DNA from: an uncultured Slackia sp.
Lineage (GTDB): Bacteria > Actinomycetota > Coriobacteriia > Coriobacteriales > Eggerthellaceae
Direction of reading: 5' to 3'
Length of the DNA stretch: 64,000 bases
Assembly (NCBI RefSeq): GCF_959608125.1
Contig: NZ_CAUHPG010000007.1
Coordinates: forward strand, 23,578 to 87,577
Shown here: positions 17,896 to 28,629 of the stretch, in pieces
How the letters are laid out: each line of letters begins with the position of its first letter
Numbering within the stretch: the stretch's first letter is position 1
Position numbers and translations under genes: made by a program
Notes under the pieces: model-generated
The model's input: the letters and a program-made list of their open reading frames with translations, nothing else
Databases searched by the model: none
Told to the model about the DNA's origin: nothing

Positions 17896-19224
17896 CTACT
17901 CCGCTCCCGACATCTGGAGCTCCTGCTCTGCGGCGGCAGACGTACGCGTCACGCGCAGCTGGGAAACGCGGCGGCGGCGCATCTGCTGAACCTTGAACAC
18001 GTATCCATCGACGGCGAACTCGTCGCCCAGCTGAGGCACGCGGTCGAACCTGTCCATCAACCAGCCCACGACGGTTTCATAGCTCTCGTCCTCTTTCACG
18101 GGCCACCCGAGCTCGACGGCCTCGTCGCACGGAATCGACCCTGCGGCAAGCCATTCGTTGTCGGACAGGCGCGTGACGTGTTCGTTTTCGCCGAAGTCGG
18201 TTTCGTCGACGATTTCGCCGACGATTTCTTCGACAATGTCTTCGATAGTAATTAAACCGGCCGTTCCACCGTACTCGTCGACAACGATCGCCATCTGTTG
18301 ACGATTCGTTTGCATCTCGTTGAGCAGGGGCAACAACGCCTTGCTTTCGGGCACGAAGCCCGCTTCCGCCATGTACTGATCGACCGTGTCGGCCTCTTTG
18401 TCATCGAGCAGCGGATTGATCAAATCCTTGTAGCGAACGACGCCCACGACTTTATCGAGATCGTCATGATAGACGGGAAGGCGCGAATAGCCCGTGCCGC
18501 GCATGCGGTCGAGCACCTGGCGCACCGTTTCGGTGTCTTCGGCGGCGATCATATCGACACGGGGGGTCATGGCGTCTTCAGCCGTGGCATCGCCCAGGTC
18601 GAGCACCTCGTGGATCATGCGCTTCTCATCGTCGTCCAGCTCTTCGTTGTCGGCCACGATGTAGCGGATTTCTTCCTCGGAAACCTCCTGGCGCTCGTCG
18701 GCGCTCTTCACGCCCATAAGGCGGGCGATCAAGTTCGCGGAAGCAGCCGTGAAACGCACGACGGGGCTCGCGACCTTCTGGAATACCCTCAAGGGGCCGG
18801 CGACGGCTTTGGAAACCGATTCGGCCGACGCAAGCGCGATGCGCTTAGGCACGAGCTCGCCGATGACGATGCTGAAATACGACACGATCAGCGTGATCAG
18901 GACGGGAGCAAGAGCAGGCGCGGCGAAGGCCAGCCAATCGATGCCGAACGATGACATCCATTGAGCCAGCGGGTCGGAAAGATTCGTCGCCGCGGCGGCC
19001 GAGGCGAAAAATCCTACCAGCGTGATCGCGACCTGGATAGTCGCCAGGAAGCGGTCGGAATCGGAGGCGAGCTCAAGGGCGGTAGCCGCCTTCTTGGAAC
19101 CTTCCTCCGCCTCCTTCTGAAGAACGACCCTGCGTGCATTGACCAAGGCCATCTCCGATGCGGAAAAATACCCGTTCACCAGGATGAGAACGAACGTGAC
19201 CAGAATGCTTACGCCGACGTCCAT
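17896..19224 (-). CDS. CNNM/hemolysin family (DUF21-CBS-CorC) Mg2+/Co2+ transporter-like protein
   Basis: [58 protein letters not shown]. Confidence 0.92.
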   Translation of the reverse strand: MDVGVSILVTFVLILVNGYFSASEMALVNARRVVLQKEAEEGSKKAATALELASDSDRFLATIQVAITLVGFFASAAAATNLSDPLAQWMSSFGIDWLAFAAPALAPVLITLIVSYFSIVIGELVPKRIALASAESVSKAVAGPLRVFQKVASPVVRFTAASANLIARLMGVKSADERQEVSEEEIRYIVADNEELDDDEKRMIHEVLDLGDATAEDAMTPRVDMIAAEDTETVRQVLDRMRGTGYSRLPVYHDDLDKVVGVVRYKDLINPLLDDKEADTVDQYMAEAGFVPESKALLPLLNEMQTNRQQMAIVVDEYGGTAGLITIEDIVEEIVGEIVDETDFGENEHVTRLSDNEWLAAGSIPCDEAVELGWPVKEDESYETVVGWLMDRFDRVPQLGDEFAVDGYVFKVQQMRRRRVSQLRVTRTSAAAEQELQMSGAE

Positions 19225-19282
19225 GAGGATATGTCACAACCTTTTCAAGCTCGCCGCCTGCCAGGCGGATGAACACACGCGC

Positions 19283-20131
19283 TTAGAGCACGTACAACAC
19301 GATGGAGAGGAACTGCAGCACGCTGCCCGCAAGCACCCACACGTGGAACACGGTATGCATGTAAGGAATCTTCTTCAACACGTAGAAGATGCAGCCGATG
19401 CTGTAGCAAATACCGCCCGCCAGCAGCAACATGAGGCCAGGGAACGGCAGGCTGGCGATAAGCGGCGGCAAAAATCCGACCACGCACCAGCCGAGCAAGA
19501 GATAGATAACAGCGGAAATCCAGCGCGGGCGGAATACCCAGAACGCCTCGAGCGCCACGCCCACGATGGCCAGCGCCCACACGGCCAAACACAGCAGCAT
19601 GCCGCTGGAATCGGCCAGCGTGATCAAGCAGAAGGGCGTGTAGCTGCCCGCGATGAACAGGTAAATCGCCGAGTGGTCGATGACTTTGAACACTTTCTTG
19701 GCGGGAATGGGAACCAGCGCATGATAGAGCGTGGAAGCGACGTATTCGAGCAGCATCGAGATGGTGTAGATCAACGCCGCCGCCAGGGCCACGCCGCCGC
19801 CGTGGGAAACGGCCGTCACGACGCAGATGGGAATGGCCGCCACGGCAAGCGCGGCGCCGATGCCATGCGAGATGGAGTTGGCGATTTCCTCGCCAACCGT
19901 GTACTCGCGCACGTTCTTCTTCGAGCGCGGCGCGCCGACCGATGCGCCTGAGCGCTTAGCGGTTCGCTTTTCGGCTTTTTCTTCCGCACGCGATTTCTTG
20001 AAATTGGAAATCTCCCACGCATGGGATGCGGAAGAGGCGCCGGCCGCGGCCTCGCCTGAAGCGGCGACGGCCGTGCAAGACGCCCCGTCTGAAGCATTGG
20101 TTTTCTTCGTCATAGTATCCATGAACGACAT
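19283..20131 (-). CDS. Hemolysin III/PAQR family membrane protein (start may be 20113 or 20122)
   Basis: EEIANSISHG, STLYH, DHSAIYLFIAGSYTP, HTVFHVWV. Confidence 0.92.
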   Translation of the reverse strand: MSFMDTMTKKTNASDGASCTAVAASGEAAAGASSASHAWEISNFKKSRAEEKAEKRTAKRSGASVGAPRSKKNVREYTVGEEIANSISHGIGAALAVAAIPICVVTAVSHGGGVALAAALIYTISMLLEYVASTLYHALVPIPAKKVFKVIDHSAIYLFIAGSYTPFCLITLADSSGMLLCLAVWALAIVGVALEAFWVFRPRWISAVIYLLLGWCVVGFLPPLIASLPFPGLMLLLAGGICYSIGCIFYVLKKIPYMHTVFHVWVLAGSVLQFLSIVLYVL

Positions 20132-20284
20132 TCTAGCATGGGGCGTCCTGACCGAAGCATCGGCTCGGCGTGCGTTACCAATCCATCACGCAAGGCCCCG
20201 ATGTGGGGTTTTTCTGCCCGAAAGAAGGCTTTGGAACACGAAAACGAGACAACAGGCATTCGATACATTTCGATAGAGCGCACC

Positions 20285-22405
20285 TTATGCAGCACCCTCG
20301 ACATCTTCGTGCACACGGGACGACCCGCGCGGACGCACCCATTCCATCCAGCGATCGGCCTCGGCCTCGGCCACGTCCCACAACTGCTCGGTGGTGCCGC
20401 CGACGCCTGCGGCCGTTCGGGCGTTCACGATAGCCACATGCGCCGCTCGCTGGAACGGATTGGTCTTCGTGAACCCGTATTGAATCTTCTTGCGCGGAAG
20501 CACCACGGTCTTTCGCGACAAGCCCCCGTTGGTGACGCTCATGAACGAGCGGTCGTACCCGAGCGACGACGAGCGATACCACAACACCGCATCTACCACG
20601 TTCAGCACGGCGGCGATGATATAGAGCGAAACGACCGCCGCGAAACCGACCTCCACCATCGCGAATACGCCGGCATCGACCGAAAAAGCCCCCGACCGCA
20701 AGCCGGCCTCGAAGCCGAGTCGCCCCAGGACGGATCCGACCATCAGCCAGAACACGGAGCTGCGAATAACGGCCTTACGAACGATAGCGCGACGCAGCGC
20801 CACGGGAGCGGGCTTCACGGTTTCCTGCGGGATATCCGCAAACTCAGGCAACACGCCGGCGATGATTTCGGGCACGCGATCGGCCTTCACGAAGGGATGG
20901 ATCACCATGCCGCGTACCGACATCTGGCCCTCTTGGCTATCCTGCGACGCCGAATCGATTTTTCCCACCGAAAGCTCGCAGTATCCGATCAAACGGCGGA
21001 CGAACGACTGCTTCACGATGACGGTTTGCACGCGGTCGACATCGATTCCGTGAAACGTGCGCTGCAACAGGCCATGCTCCACCTCGATGCGGCTTTCGCG
21101 GCGGCGCGCCTTGAAGCCTCCATACTGGACGATGGTCCCGACGACCGAAAACGCCCAGAGAGCCAAAACCGACACGATAGCCCACAGCGCCACTTGCCAT
21201 GCGAACGACCCGAACAGGCCTCCCAGCATATCGATGCCCTGCATCGACGACGATGCGCCGGCCATTATGCCGTCGACGGAGCTTTCCACCCATTCTTCTA
21301 TATTGGATTCGAAGAACTGCGCCACGGCGCCCGCCAAGCCGATGATGCCCGCAATAATCACGCCGAAATGCCCCGCCGCGCCCGACAGACCCGCGAAGAG
21401 CAGCTCTTTGTTGCTCAAGCCGGCCTCGAAGGAAACGGAGCCCGTAGCCACTTCTTGCCCGCCGAACACGCCGCGCATATCAGACAAAAGCTCATCGGCC
21501 CCGTCAAGAAGATTGCCCTCCGTCGCGGAACGGACCGCTTCCGTCGAAGCCGAACGGTCGATGGGCCGGTCAAGCATCGCAGGATCGGCTCCGAAGGCGA
21601 TTCCGGCCGAACGCTCGTCCCCGCCGGCACACGCGATGATCCATGCCGAAGGAATAACCGCGCCGCCGACGAACGCAGTGCCGAACTCATCGAGTACACC
21701 GCCCGCCAACAGGACCTTTTTGCGACGAAACAGCTCGGAGCGCAACGCTTCCGCTTCAGACGTACGCACATAGCGAAGCAAAACCGCATCGTTTGCGGCG
21801 CCGCCGGCCGTATCGATCTTCACATTGCAGATCCCCAAAACACGCTGCATCACGCCTGCCTGCTGATTGACTGACTGAATGCGCTGATAGGGAACGTGAC
21901 GCCGTTTCTTGTTGATGATTCCCGAAAAAAGCGAGAATTCCGTCGGGGTGAGTTCGTAGCTGAGGTTCTTCCATGAAAGCCACTGCACCGAAAACACGAT
22001 GCCGCCGATAACGAGAGCCATCACGACGCCGACACCCGCCGCGATAAGCAGAGCGACGATGGAAGAAAGGCCTCCTTCGATCAGAGAAATGATCGAGCCG
22101 AGCGAGGAAATGATCACCGCGACGGCAATGGCGCCCAAAGCGGAAAGGCCGCCGAGCCATATGTACGAATGATGCACGGAATGCTTGCCCGGGCGCAACG
22201 ATACGGGAACGGCGTTGCGCGGATCGTTCGGGGGAAGAGCCACAGCGCCGCCGCGCGCACAAAAGACCAGCGAGTCGCGATATGCCTGCCATTCGGCATT
22301 CGGAGGCGCAGGAAAGGACGATACCGTCTGCGGCTCTTCGGAAACGCGGGCGGCATCGTCCACGGAAGGCGACCGGTCGGCCTGCATAGAGCGAGAATCG
22401 ACCAT
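20285..22405 (-). CDS. Bacterial PH-domain membrane protein (YdbT-like)
   Basis: Three bPH_2-like repeats (RIQSV...IDTAG; RVQTV; KIQY...RTAAG) with TM pairs. Confidence 0.85.
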   Translation of the reverse strand: MVDSRSMQADRSPSVDDAARVSEEPQTVSSFPAPPNAEWQAYRDSLVFCARGGAVALPPNDPRNAVPVSLRPGKHSVHHSYIWLGGLSALGAIAVAVIISSLGSIISLIEGGLSSIVALLIAAGVGVVMALVIGGIVFSVQWLSWKNLSYELTPTEFSLFSGIINKKRRHVPYQRIQSVNQQAGVMQRVLGICNVKIDTAGGAANDAVLLRYVRTSEAEALRSELFRRKKVLLAGGVLDEFGTAFVGGAVIPSAWIIACAGGDERSAGIAFGADPAMLDRPIDRSASTEAVRSATEGNLLDGADELLSDMRGVFGGQEVATGSVSFEAGLSNKELLFAGLSGAAGHFGVIIAGIIGLAGAVAQFFESNIEEWVESSVDGIMAGASSSMQGIDMLGGLFGSFAWQVALWAIVSVLALWAFSVVGTIVQYGGFKARRRESRIEVEHGLLQRTFHGIDVDRVQTVIVKQSFVRRLIGYCELSVGKIDSASQDSQEGQMSVRGMVIHPFVKADRVPEIIAGVLPEFADIPQETVKPAPVALRRAIVRKAVIRSSVFWLMVGSVLGRLGFEAGLRSGAFSVDAGVFAMVEVGFAAVVSLYIIAAVLNVVDAVLWYRSSSLGYDRSFMSVTNGGLSRKTVVLPRKKIQYGFTKTNPFQRAAHVAIVNARTAAGVGGTTEQLWDVAEAEADRWMEWVRPRGSSRVHEDVEGAA

Positions 22406-22408
22406 GGC

Positions 22409-22900
22409 TTACACGTCCTCTTGGGCAAGACGGGCCTGCGTGGCGATGCGGTCGCGCAAAACATCGGCCTCTTCGAATGCAAGGCCCGGAATCGCATGCT
22501 CGCCCGCCGCCGTGGATACGGTAACGCTGGCCAAGCCGAATGCGCGCAACACAGGTCCCTGCTTGGTGTCGGTGTTCTGAACGCGCACGAATGGAATCAC
22601 CGAGCGCGTGCGCCAGATGATGCCTTTGGCGATATCGAGCTCGTTTTCGCCCACTTCGTAACGCCATCGCATGTAACGCAAGGGCGGTATGACGACCACC
22701 GCTGCGACCAGCGCGAGCACCCATGCCGCCGTCATGGCCGCGACGACCATCCAGGCCCAACCCGCCGAAGGGTCGCTCATGGCCACGATGAAGAACGTGA
22801 ACGCGCACGCCAGGTAGGTCGCGGTGATCCACAGCGCATCGCCGATACGCCAGACGCTTTTCACCTTGGGGTTCAGCTGACTCTGGGGCAAAGGCCTCAT
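22409..22900 (-). CDS. Bacterial PH-domain membrane protein (YdbS-like)
   Basis: RYMRWRYEV, IPFVRVQNTDTKQGP, VTVSTAAGEHAIPGL; AGGAG RBS. Confidence 0.88.
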   Translation of the reverse strand: MRPLPQSQLNPKVKSVWRIGDALWITATYLACAFTFFIVAMSDPSAGWAWMVVAAMTAAWVLALVAAVVVIPPLRYMRWRYEVGENELDIAKGIIWRTRSVIPFVRVQNTDTKQGPVLRAFGLASVTVSTAAGEHAIPGLAFEEADVLRDRIATQARLAQEDV

Positions 22901-23235
22901 ATCCGCACTCCTGTCGCGTTTCAAGAACGAATCGGCCCACCGACCGCGCAGTCGAAACGAAGCTCGAAACCTGCGCATATTTTTCGGCAGTATAAAACTA
23001 TGCAATCAGTATACAGACGATATATCAGATCCTGTAAACAAAAAGAAAACGGTCGAGATTTGCAGAATGTTCGGCGAAACGCGCTCATTCGATGCATGCT
23101 CGCGCATGCACGCCGCCCATTTTTCTCCCTCGGGTACAATGAATCCTCGAACACCGCGGGTCGGCTTGGCCCGTCCCCGTAGAGCGTCCGGAGCAAACGC
23201 GTCGGGCGCATGTCATCTCCAACAAAGGAACGCCC

Positions 23236-24744
23236 ATGAGCACCCTGCCCTCTCTTTCGCTGAAACACCTTGTCGAACTGCTGAATGCAGCGGGATGCGC
23301 GGCACGCCTCGAAGGCGACGACGCGCAGGTCGGCGGTATGACGGTCGATTCTCGCGAAGCCGAGCCGGGGTGCCTGTTCGTCTGCAAGGGCGCCTCGTTC
23401 AAGCCCGCGTTCCTCGCATCGGCGATCGATGCTGGCGCCGCGGCGTACCTGTGCGACGAAACGCTCGCCGACGCCGTCGCGCAAGCAGGCGGCGACACGC
23501 CTCGCATCGTCGCATACGACGTGCGCCGCGCTATGGCGCTCGTGGCCGCCGAGGCCTACGGCAGGCCCGACGAACGCTTGAACATCATCGGCATCACGGG
23601 AACGAAGGGCAAATCCACCACGGCCTACATGCTGCGCTCCATCTTCACCGCCGCAGCCGTCGAAACGTCCATCCTGGGCTCGATCGAAACCGACGACGGC
23701 GTCGAGCGCTACGAAAGCCACAACACCACGCCCGAAGCCCCCGAACTGTGGCGCCACCTGCGCAACACCGAAGATGCCGGGCGCGAAATCATGGTGATGG
23801 AGGTGTCGAGCCACGGCCTGAAATACGACCGCGTGCTGGGACTGCATTTGAACACCGCGTGCTTCCTCAATATCGGCCGCGATCACATCTCTCCTGTCGA
23901 GCATGCCGATTTCGAAGACTACTTCTCTTCGAAGCTGCGCATCTTCGAGCAGTGCGAGACCGCCGTGGTAAACCTCGACTCCGATCATGCCGACCGCGTG
24001 CTTGAAGCCGCAAAATCCGCGAAACACCTGGTCACGTTCGCACTCGGTCGAAACGGCGACGTGCAGGCCGACTATCTGGCGCGCAATATCGTCGCCTCCG
24101 AGCGAGGCATCTCCTTCTCGGTCGAAGCCGAAGGCGAATCCCATGCCATGACGCTCGGCATGGCGGGCGCCTTCAACGTGTCCAACGCCCTGGCGGCCAT
24201 CGCCATGGCGCGCCTTGCAGGCGTAAGCTTCGACGCGATCGCCGCAGGCCTTGAACACGTGCGCGTGCCCGGCCGCATGGAGCTCGTGGCCTCCGCCGAC
24301 GGACGCATCGTCTGCATCGTCGACTACGCCCACAACGAGCTTTCGTTCGAAACCCTGTTCTCGTCCGTAGCCAAGGAATATCCGGGACGCAAAGTGATCG
24401 CCGTCTTCGGCGCGCCGGGCGGCAAGGCGGTCGAGCGCCGCGAATGCCTGCCCCGCGTTGCCGGCCGCTACGCCGACTTGATCATCTACACCGAAGAAGA
24501 CCCTGCTCACGAGCGCGTCGAGGACATCTGCACCGAGCTCGCGGCCAACACCCCCGCAGGTGTGGCTCACGAGGAAATCTATGACCGCGAAGCGGCCGTG
24601 GCCCGCGCGTTCGAGGCCGCCGGCGACGAAGCGGCCGTCGTGCTGCTGCTGGCGAAAGGCGACGAAACCACCCAGCACCGCGGCGACGACTACCCCGAAA
24701 TCAAAAGCGACCTAACGCTCGCCCGCGAAATCCTGAACGCCTAA
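23236..24744 (+). CDS. murE: UDP-N-acetylmuramoyl-tripeptide synthetase (MurE), likely not DAP-specific
   Basis: GITGTKGKST P-loop, TTPE, MEVSS, VPGRME, VDYAHN, AKG; EEDPAHE in place of DNPR. Confidence 0.88.
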   Translation: MSTLPSLSLKHLVELLNAAGCAARLEGDDAQVGGMTVDSREAEPGCLFVCKGASFKPAFLASAIDAGAAAYLCDETLADAVAQAGGDTPRIVAYDVRRAMALVAAEAYGRPDERLNIIGITGTKGKSTTAYMLRSIFTAAAVETSILGSIETDDGVERYESHNTTPEAPELWRHLRNTEDAGREIMVMEVSSHGLKYDRVLGLHLNTACFLNIGRDHISPVEHADFEDYFSSKLRIFEQCETAVVNLDSDHADRVLEAAKSAKHLVTFALGRNGDVQADYLARNIVASERGISFSVEAEGESHAMTLGMAGAFNVSNALAAIAMARLAGVSFDAIAAGLEHVRVPGRMELVASADGRIVCIVDYAHNELSFETLFSSVAKEYPGRKVIAVFGAPGGKAVERRECLPRVAGRYADLIIYTEEDPAHERVEDICTELAANTPAGVAHEEIYDREAAVARAFEAAGDEAAVVLLLAKGDETTQHRGDDYPEIKSDLTLAREILNA

Positions 24745-24802
24745 GCGTCCGCGAGCCGCAACCGCGGCGACGATGCGCCCACGCACCACCGGAAGGAGAC
24801 CG

Positions 24803-25084
24803 ATGCCCACCTATATCGCCCACTACAAATCGCCCAACGGATCCACGCAGGTCTCGGGCGTGTTCGAATTCGAAAGCACCCATCGCGCAGGCTCCAAGCA
24901 GAACATGCACGACGCGCGCATGTGCATGCTACAGTCCTACGGCAACGAAGCCGTGGCCTGGCAGATCGATTCCATCGAGGCGAAAAAGGCCGACGAGGCG
25001 CGCTCGGACCACCAGATGCAGCTCGACTTCCGCGAGCCGGCCGAGCATAAGCCCAAGAAGCGCATCGTCCGCGGGTTCAAGTAG
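24803..25084 (+). CDS. Small hypothetical protein (93 aa)
   Basis: GAAGGAG RBS, GC3-biased codons, followed by a terminator. Confidence 0.75.
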   Translation: MPTYIAHYKSPNGSTQVSGVFEFESTHRAGSKQNMHDARMCMLQSYGNEAVAWQIDSIEAKKADEARSDHQMQLDFREPAEHKPKKRIVRGFK

Positions 25085-25150
25085 GATCCGCGGCACCTGC
25101 CTTCCGACGCGCCCCACTCCAGCGCACTGTCTGGACAGGCATAACGCAAC

Positions 25151-25198
25151 AAAAAGGACCGAACCGCGTAAACGCGCAGTTCGGTCCTTTCGTTTTTC
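25151..25198. terminator. Bidirectional terminator between convergent genes
   Basis: AAAAAGGACCGAAC...GTTCGGTCCTTTCGTTTTT. Confidence 0.65.
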
Positions 25199-25242
25199 CG
25201 GGCTTTGCCGAAATGTCGCGACGAGCGCGGCGACGAAACGCC

Positions 25243-27105
25243 TTATGCGGCCACGGGGCCCTTCTCGTCCACGAAGTAGCGCTTGTACCAAATCAGGAAG
25301 GTCAGCGTGGTGTAGATCTTGCGGTGGTTGAGCGCACGGCCCTCGAAGTGGTCGTCCAGCATGGCCATGAGCTTCTTCGTGTCGAAGAACTCCTCGGCCC
25401 ACGGCGCGGTGAAGTACTCTTTCACGTAGTCGTAGTATTTCTGCTCACGCAGCCAGAACTTGATCGGCACCGGGAAACCCTTTTTGGGGCGCGTGGCCCA
25501 TTCGTCGGGCAGCACGCGGTTGGCCGCATGGCGCAGCACCTGCTTGTTGCCGTTTTCATTCACCCGGTAGCGCGCGGGAATGTGCTGAGCGAACTCCATG
25601 ACTCTCTTGTCCAGGAAGGGCACGCGAAGCTCGAGCGAATGAGCCATGCACATCTTGTCGGCCTTGAGCAGGATATCGCCCGGCAGCCACATGTTCATGT
25701 CAAGGTACTGGCGCTTGGACAGGTCGCAGAAGTTCTGCACGCGGTCATACACCGGAGCGCACAGCTCGAACGCGTCGGGGCCCTTAGCGTAATCGGGCTT
25801 CACGACGTCGTCGATTTCGTCGGGACGGTAGATGAACGCCTGGCCCGTGAACCACTTCTCGGGCATTTCGGCGGCCTTCAGCAGGAAGTTGCGGCCCTTG
25901 AAATACGACTTGTCCGCAACGAACTTGCCCAGGCCGCGGCGGATGCAGCGCGGCACGATGCGCTTGAACCTGGCCAGCGAAGGTACATCTTCGTAGTAAG
26001 CATAACCCGCAAACAGCTCGTCGGCGCCTTCGCCCGAAAGCACGACCGTGACCTGCTCGGATGCCAGCTGGGCCAAGAACCACAGCGGCACGCTGGACAA
26101 ATTCGACTGAGGTTCGTCCATGTGGTACTGGATTTGAGGCAGCATCTCGAAGAACTCGTCGGCCGTCACCATCTTGCGGAAATTCTTGATGCCCAGCTTG
26201 TCGGAAAGCTCGGCCGCATAGTTGGTCTCGTTGAAGTCCTTGTAATCGAAGCCCACCGAGAACGTATTGTCGGGCATCAGGCATGCGGCGATGTAGCTGG
26301 AATCGACGCCGCCCGAAAGGAACGAGCCCACCTTCACGTCGGCGATGCGATGGGCAGCAACACTCTCGTGAACCGCCTGGTCGCATTCTTCGACATACTG
26401 GTCGAAGGTTTTGGAATCGTCGTCGGAGAAATCGGCATCCCAGTAACGACGCACGTCCATCGTGCGCGTGGCCAGGTCGTACGTGAAGCAATGCGCCGCC
26501 GGCAGCTTGAAGACACCCTCGAAGAACGTCTCGTCCGTCGCGGGGAACTGCATGGTCAGATACGGGCGCAGAGCCTGCTTGTTCACGGCCTTCACGAAGC
26601 CGGGATGCTCGAGGAAGCTCTTGATTTCGCTGCCGTAAAGCAGGTCGCCCTGGGCGGTGGTGCAGTAATAGAACGGCTTGATGCCGAAGATATCGCGCGC
26701 ACCGAATAGGCGATTCTTCTTCTTATCCCAGATGACGAACGCATACATGCCGCGCAGGCGATCGACGACGCCCTCGCCCCACTCTTCGTAGCCGTGCAGG
26801 AGCGACTCGGTGTCGGCGTCGCAATGGAACTCGTAGCCCTTGTCTTCGAGTTCGCGACGAAGCTCCATGAAATTGTAAATCTCGCCGTTGAACGTGATTA
26901 CCACGCTGCCGTCGGCGTTGCTCATAGGCTGCGAGCCCGCCTCGGTCAGGTCGAGGATGGACAGGCGACGGAAGCCCATGGCCACGTTGTCGGCCAGAAA
27001 CGCATCGCCCATGTCGGGACCGCGATGCACGATGCGATCCATCATGGCCTGCAGAACCTGCTGCCTGTTTTCGATATCACCGGTGAATCCGACGAATCCG
27101 CACAT
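25243..27105 (-). CDS. asnB: Asparagine synthase (glutamine-hydrolysing) family amidotransferase; possibly AsnH-like
   Basis: MCG Ntn nucleophile, HRGPD, RLSILD, FNGEIYN, LSGGVDSS, SGEGADE, RVPFLD. Confidence 0.93.
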   Translation of the reverse strand: MCGFVGFTGDIENRQQVLQAMMDRIVHRGPDMGDAFLADNVAMGFRRLSILDLTEAGSQPMSNADGSVVITFNGEIYNFMELRRELEDKGYEFHCDADTESLLHGYEEWGEGVVDRLRGMYAFVIWDKKKNRLFGARDIFGIKPFYYCTTAQGDLLYGSEIKSFLEHPGFVKAVNKQALRPYLTMQFPATDETFFEGVFKLPAAHCFTYDLATRTMDVRRYWDADFSDDDSKTFDQYVEECDQAVHESVAAHRIADVKVGSFLSGGVDSSYIAACLMPDNTFSVGFDYKDFNETNYAAELSDKLGIKNFRKMVTADEFFEMLPQIQYHMDEPQSNLSSVPLWFLAQLASEQVTVVLSGEGADELFAGYAYYEDVPSLARFKRIVPRCIRRGLGKFVADKSYFKGRNFLLKAAEMPEKWFTGQAFIYRPDEIDDVVKPDYAKGPDAFELCAPVYDRVQNFCDLSKRQYLDMNMWLPGDILLKADKMCMAHSLELRVPFLDKRVMEFAQHIPARYRVNENGNKQVLRHAANRVLPDEWATRPKKGFPVPIKFWLREQKYYDYVKEYFTAPWAEEFFDTKKLMAMLDDHFEGRALNHRKIYTTLTFLIWYKRYFVDEKGPVAA

Positions 27106-27243
27106 AAGGCACCTTTCGTAGTTGACAAGGCCCCTTCGCGAGGCCCGTTATTCCGAAACGATGATTTTACCGCCCGGATCCCCTCTTCAGGGGAATTTCG
27201 CCATTTCAATAAAAAGGCCCCGCTGAAAACGGGGCCGAACGCG

Positions 27244-28494
27244 CTATTTGTAGTTGTCCGGGTTGGCGAACTTGTCGATATAGCGGTGCACGTGAATTTT
27301 CATCCAGGCCCAACGCATCGGATTGAAGCGCAGGTCAGGAGCGTAATCGAAGCTCATGGACTCTTTGCCCTGGGCGACCAGCTGTTTGGCACGCTCCACG
27401 AACTCGGGGTCTTTGACGTACTGGTACACCACCTTGCGCGGCGCGGAGTGCCAGAACACCTCGTTGGTGTTCTGCACGCATTCGCCCAAATCGCGTTTGA
27501 ACACGCGGTCCTCCACTACGTAGCGCGCGATATTGTGGCCCGCGGCCGTGACATGGTAGTTGGTACGGCCCTGACGCAGATTGACCTCGAACACCTTGTA
27601 GGAGCCGTCGCGGTCATCGCGCTTGATATCGAAGTTCGCGAAGCCCGTGAACCCGATCTTCTCGAGGAAGTTCTTGATGAGCTCCTGCAGCTCGGAGTTG
27701 GGCTGCGTGATGATGGCGCAGGGGTTGCCGAGCGCCGTGGGCGTGTGCTCTTCGAGGCCCTCACGACCGAAGCAAATCAGCTTCACCTTGCAGTCGCGGT
27801 CGCAGTAAGCGGTCAGGACGTTCATGTTGCAGTCTTCTCCGACCACCATGTCCTGCAGCAGCACCTCGTCGGGATAGCCCGCGCCGAAGATCAGGCCCAG
27901 GATGCGCAACGCGTCGGCCGGGTTTTCGGCGGTGTACACCTTCTTCATGCCGTCGAAGGGGTGCTCCCAATACGTCACGCTCATGGCGGGCTTCACGATG
28001 ATGGGATAGACGAACCCGACCGCCTCTTCGGAAAGGTCGGCCTCTGCGAGGCCCTGGTTGAAGCGCTCGGGCGTCACGGCGAAGGTTTTCGGATACGGGA
28101 TGCCGTGTTCCTCGCACATGCGGTAAAAGCTCGATTTCGACTCGAGGCGGTCGCGCAGCTCGGCATCGATGTAGAGCGTCACGCAGTTCTCGGGCAGGTC
28201 GTCCTGGATTTCGGAAAGCAGGGCCGCATATACATCGGCGCAGCCCCACACCAGATGGATGGTGTCGGGATGCTTGGCCGCGAATTCCTTGATGGTGGCA
28301 AGAAGCACCTCGGGCTTATCGAGGTTTTCGTTATAGCTGCATTCCACGATGCGGCTGTGCATGGTGTCGCCCGCGGCGAAGCGGCCGAACGCGTAGCTTT
28401 TCTTGCCGTACTGCTCGTGAATGGCGCGCGCCACCGAATAGCAGTTCATATCCCCGCCGATCAATACGGGAATGAAATCGATTTCCTCAGACAA
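27244..28494 (-). CDS. ATP-grasp D-aspartate ligase family (Asl/YxbA-like)
   Basis: PVLIGGDMNCYSVARAIHEQYG, KSSFY.MCE.HGIPYP, YPIIVKP, LEEHTP...GN, FANFDIK.D.RDG, FEVNLRQGR; TTG start after AGGAG. Confidence 0.8.
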   Translation of the reverse strand: MSEEIDFIPVLIGGDMNCYSVARAIHEQYGKKSYAFGRFAAGDTMHSRIVECSYNENLDKPEVLLATIKEFAAKHPDTIHLVWGCADVYAALLSEIQDDLPENCVTLYIDAELRDRLESKSSFYRMCEEHGIPYPKTFAVTPERFNQGLAEADLSEEAVGFVYPIIVKPAMSVTYWEHPFDGMKKVYTAENPADALRILGLIFGAGYPDEVLLQDMVVGEDCNMNVLTAYCDRDCKVKLICFGREGLEEHTPTALGNPCAIITQPNSELQELIKNFLEKIGFTGFANFDIKRDDRDGSYKVFEVNLRQGRTNYHVTAAGHNIARYVVEDRVFKRDLGECVQNTNEVFWHSAPRKVVYQYVKDPEFVERAKQLVAQGKESMSFDYAPDLRFNPMRWAWMKIHVHRYIDKFANPDNYK

Positions 28495-28629
28495 GGTTTC
28501 TCCTCGTTCAGTATCGGTGAAGGCGAACGGAATCGCCCGCTCGCCCCGAACGCCTGCGATTATAGGCCGAAATGCGAGCAGGCGTGTAAAACGCGAACGC
28601 GCCCGCGGCGGAAACGGATCGCAAGACCC

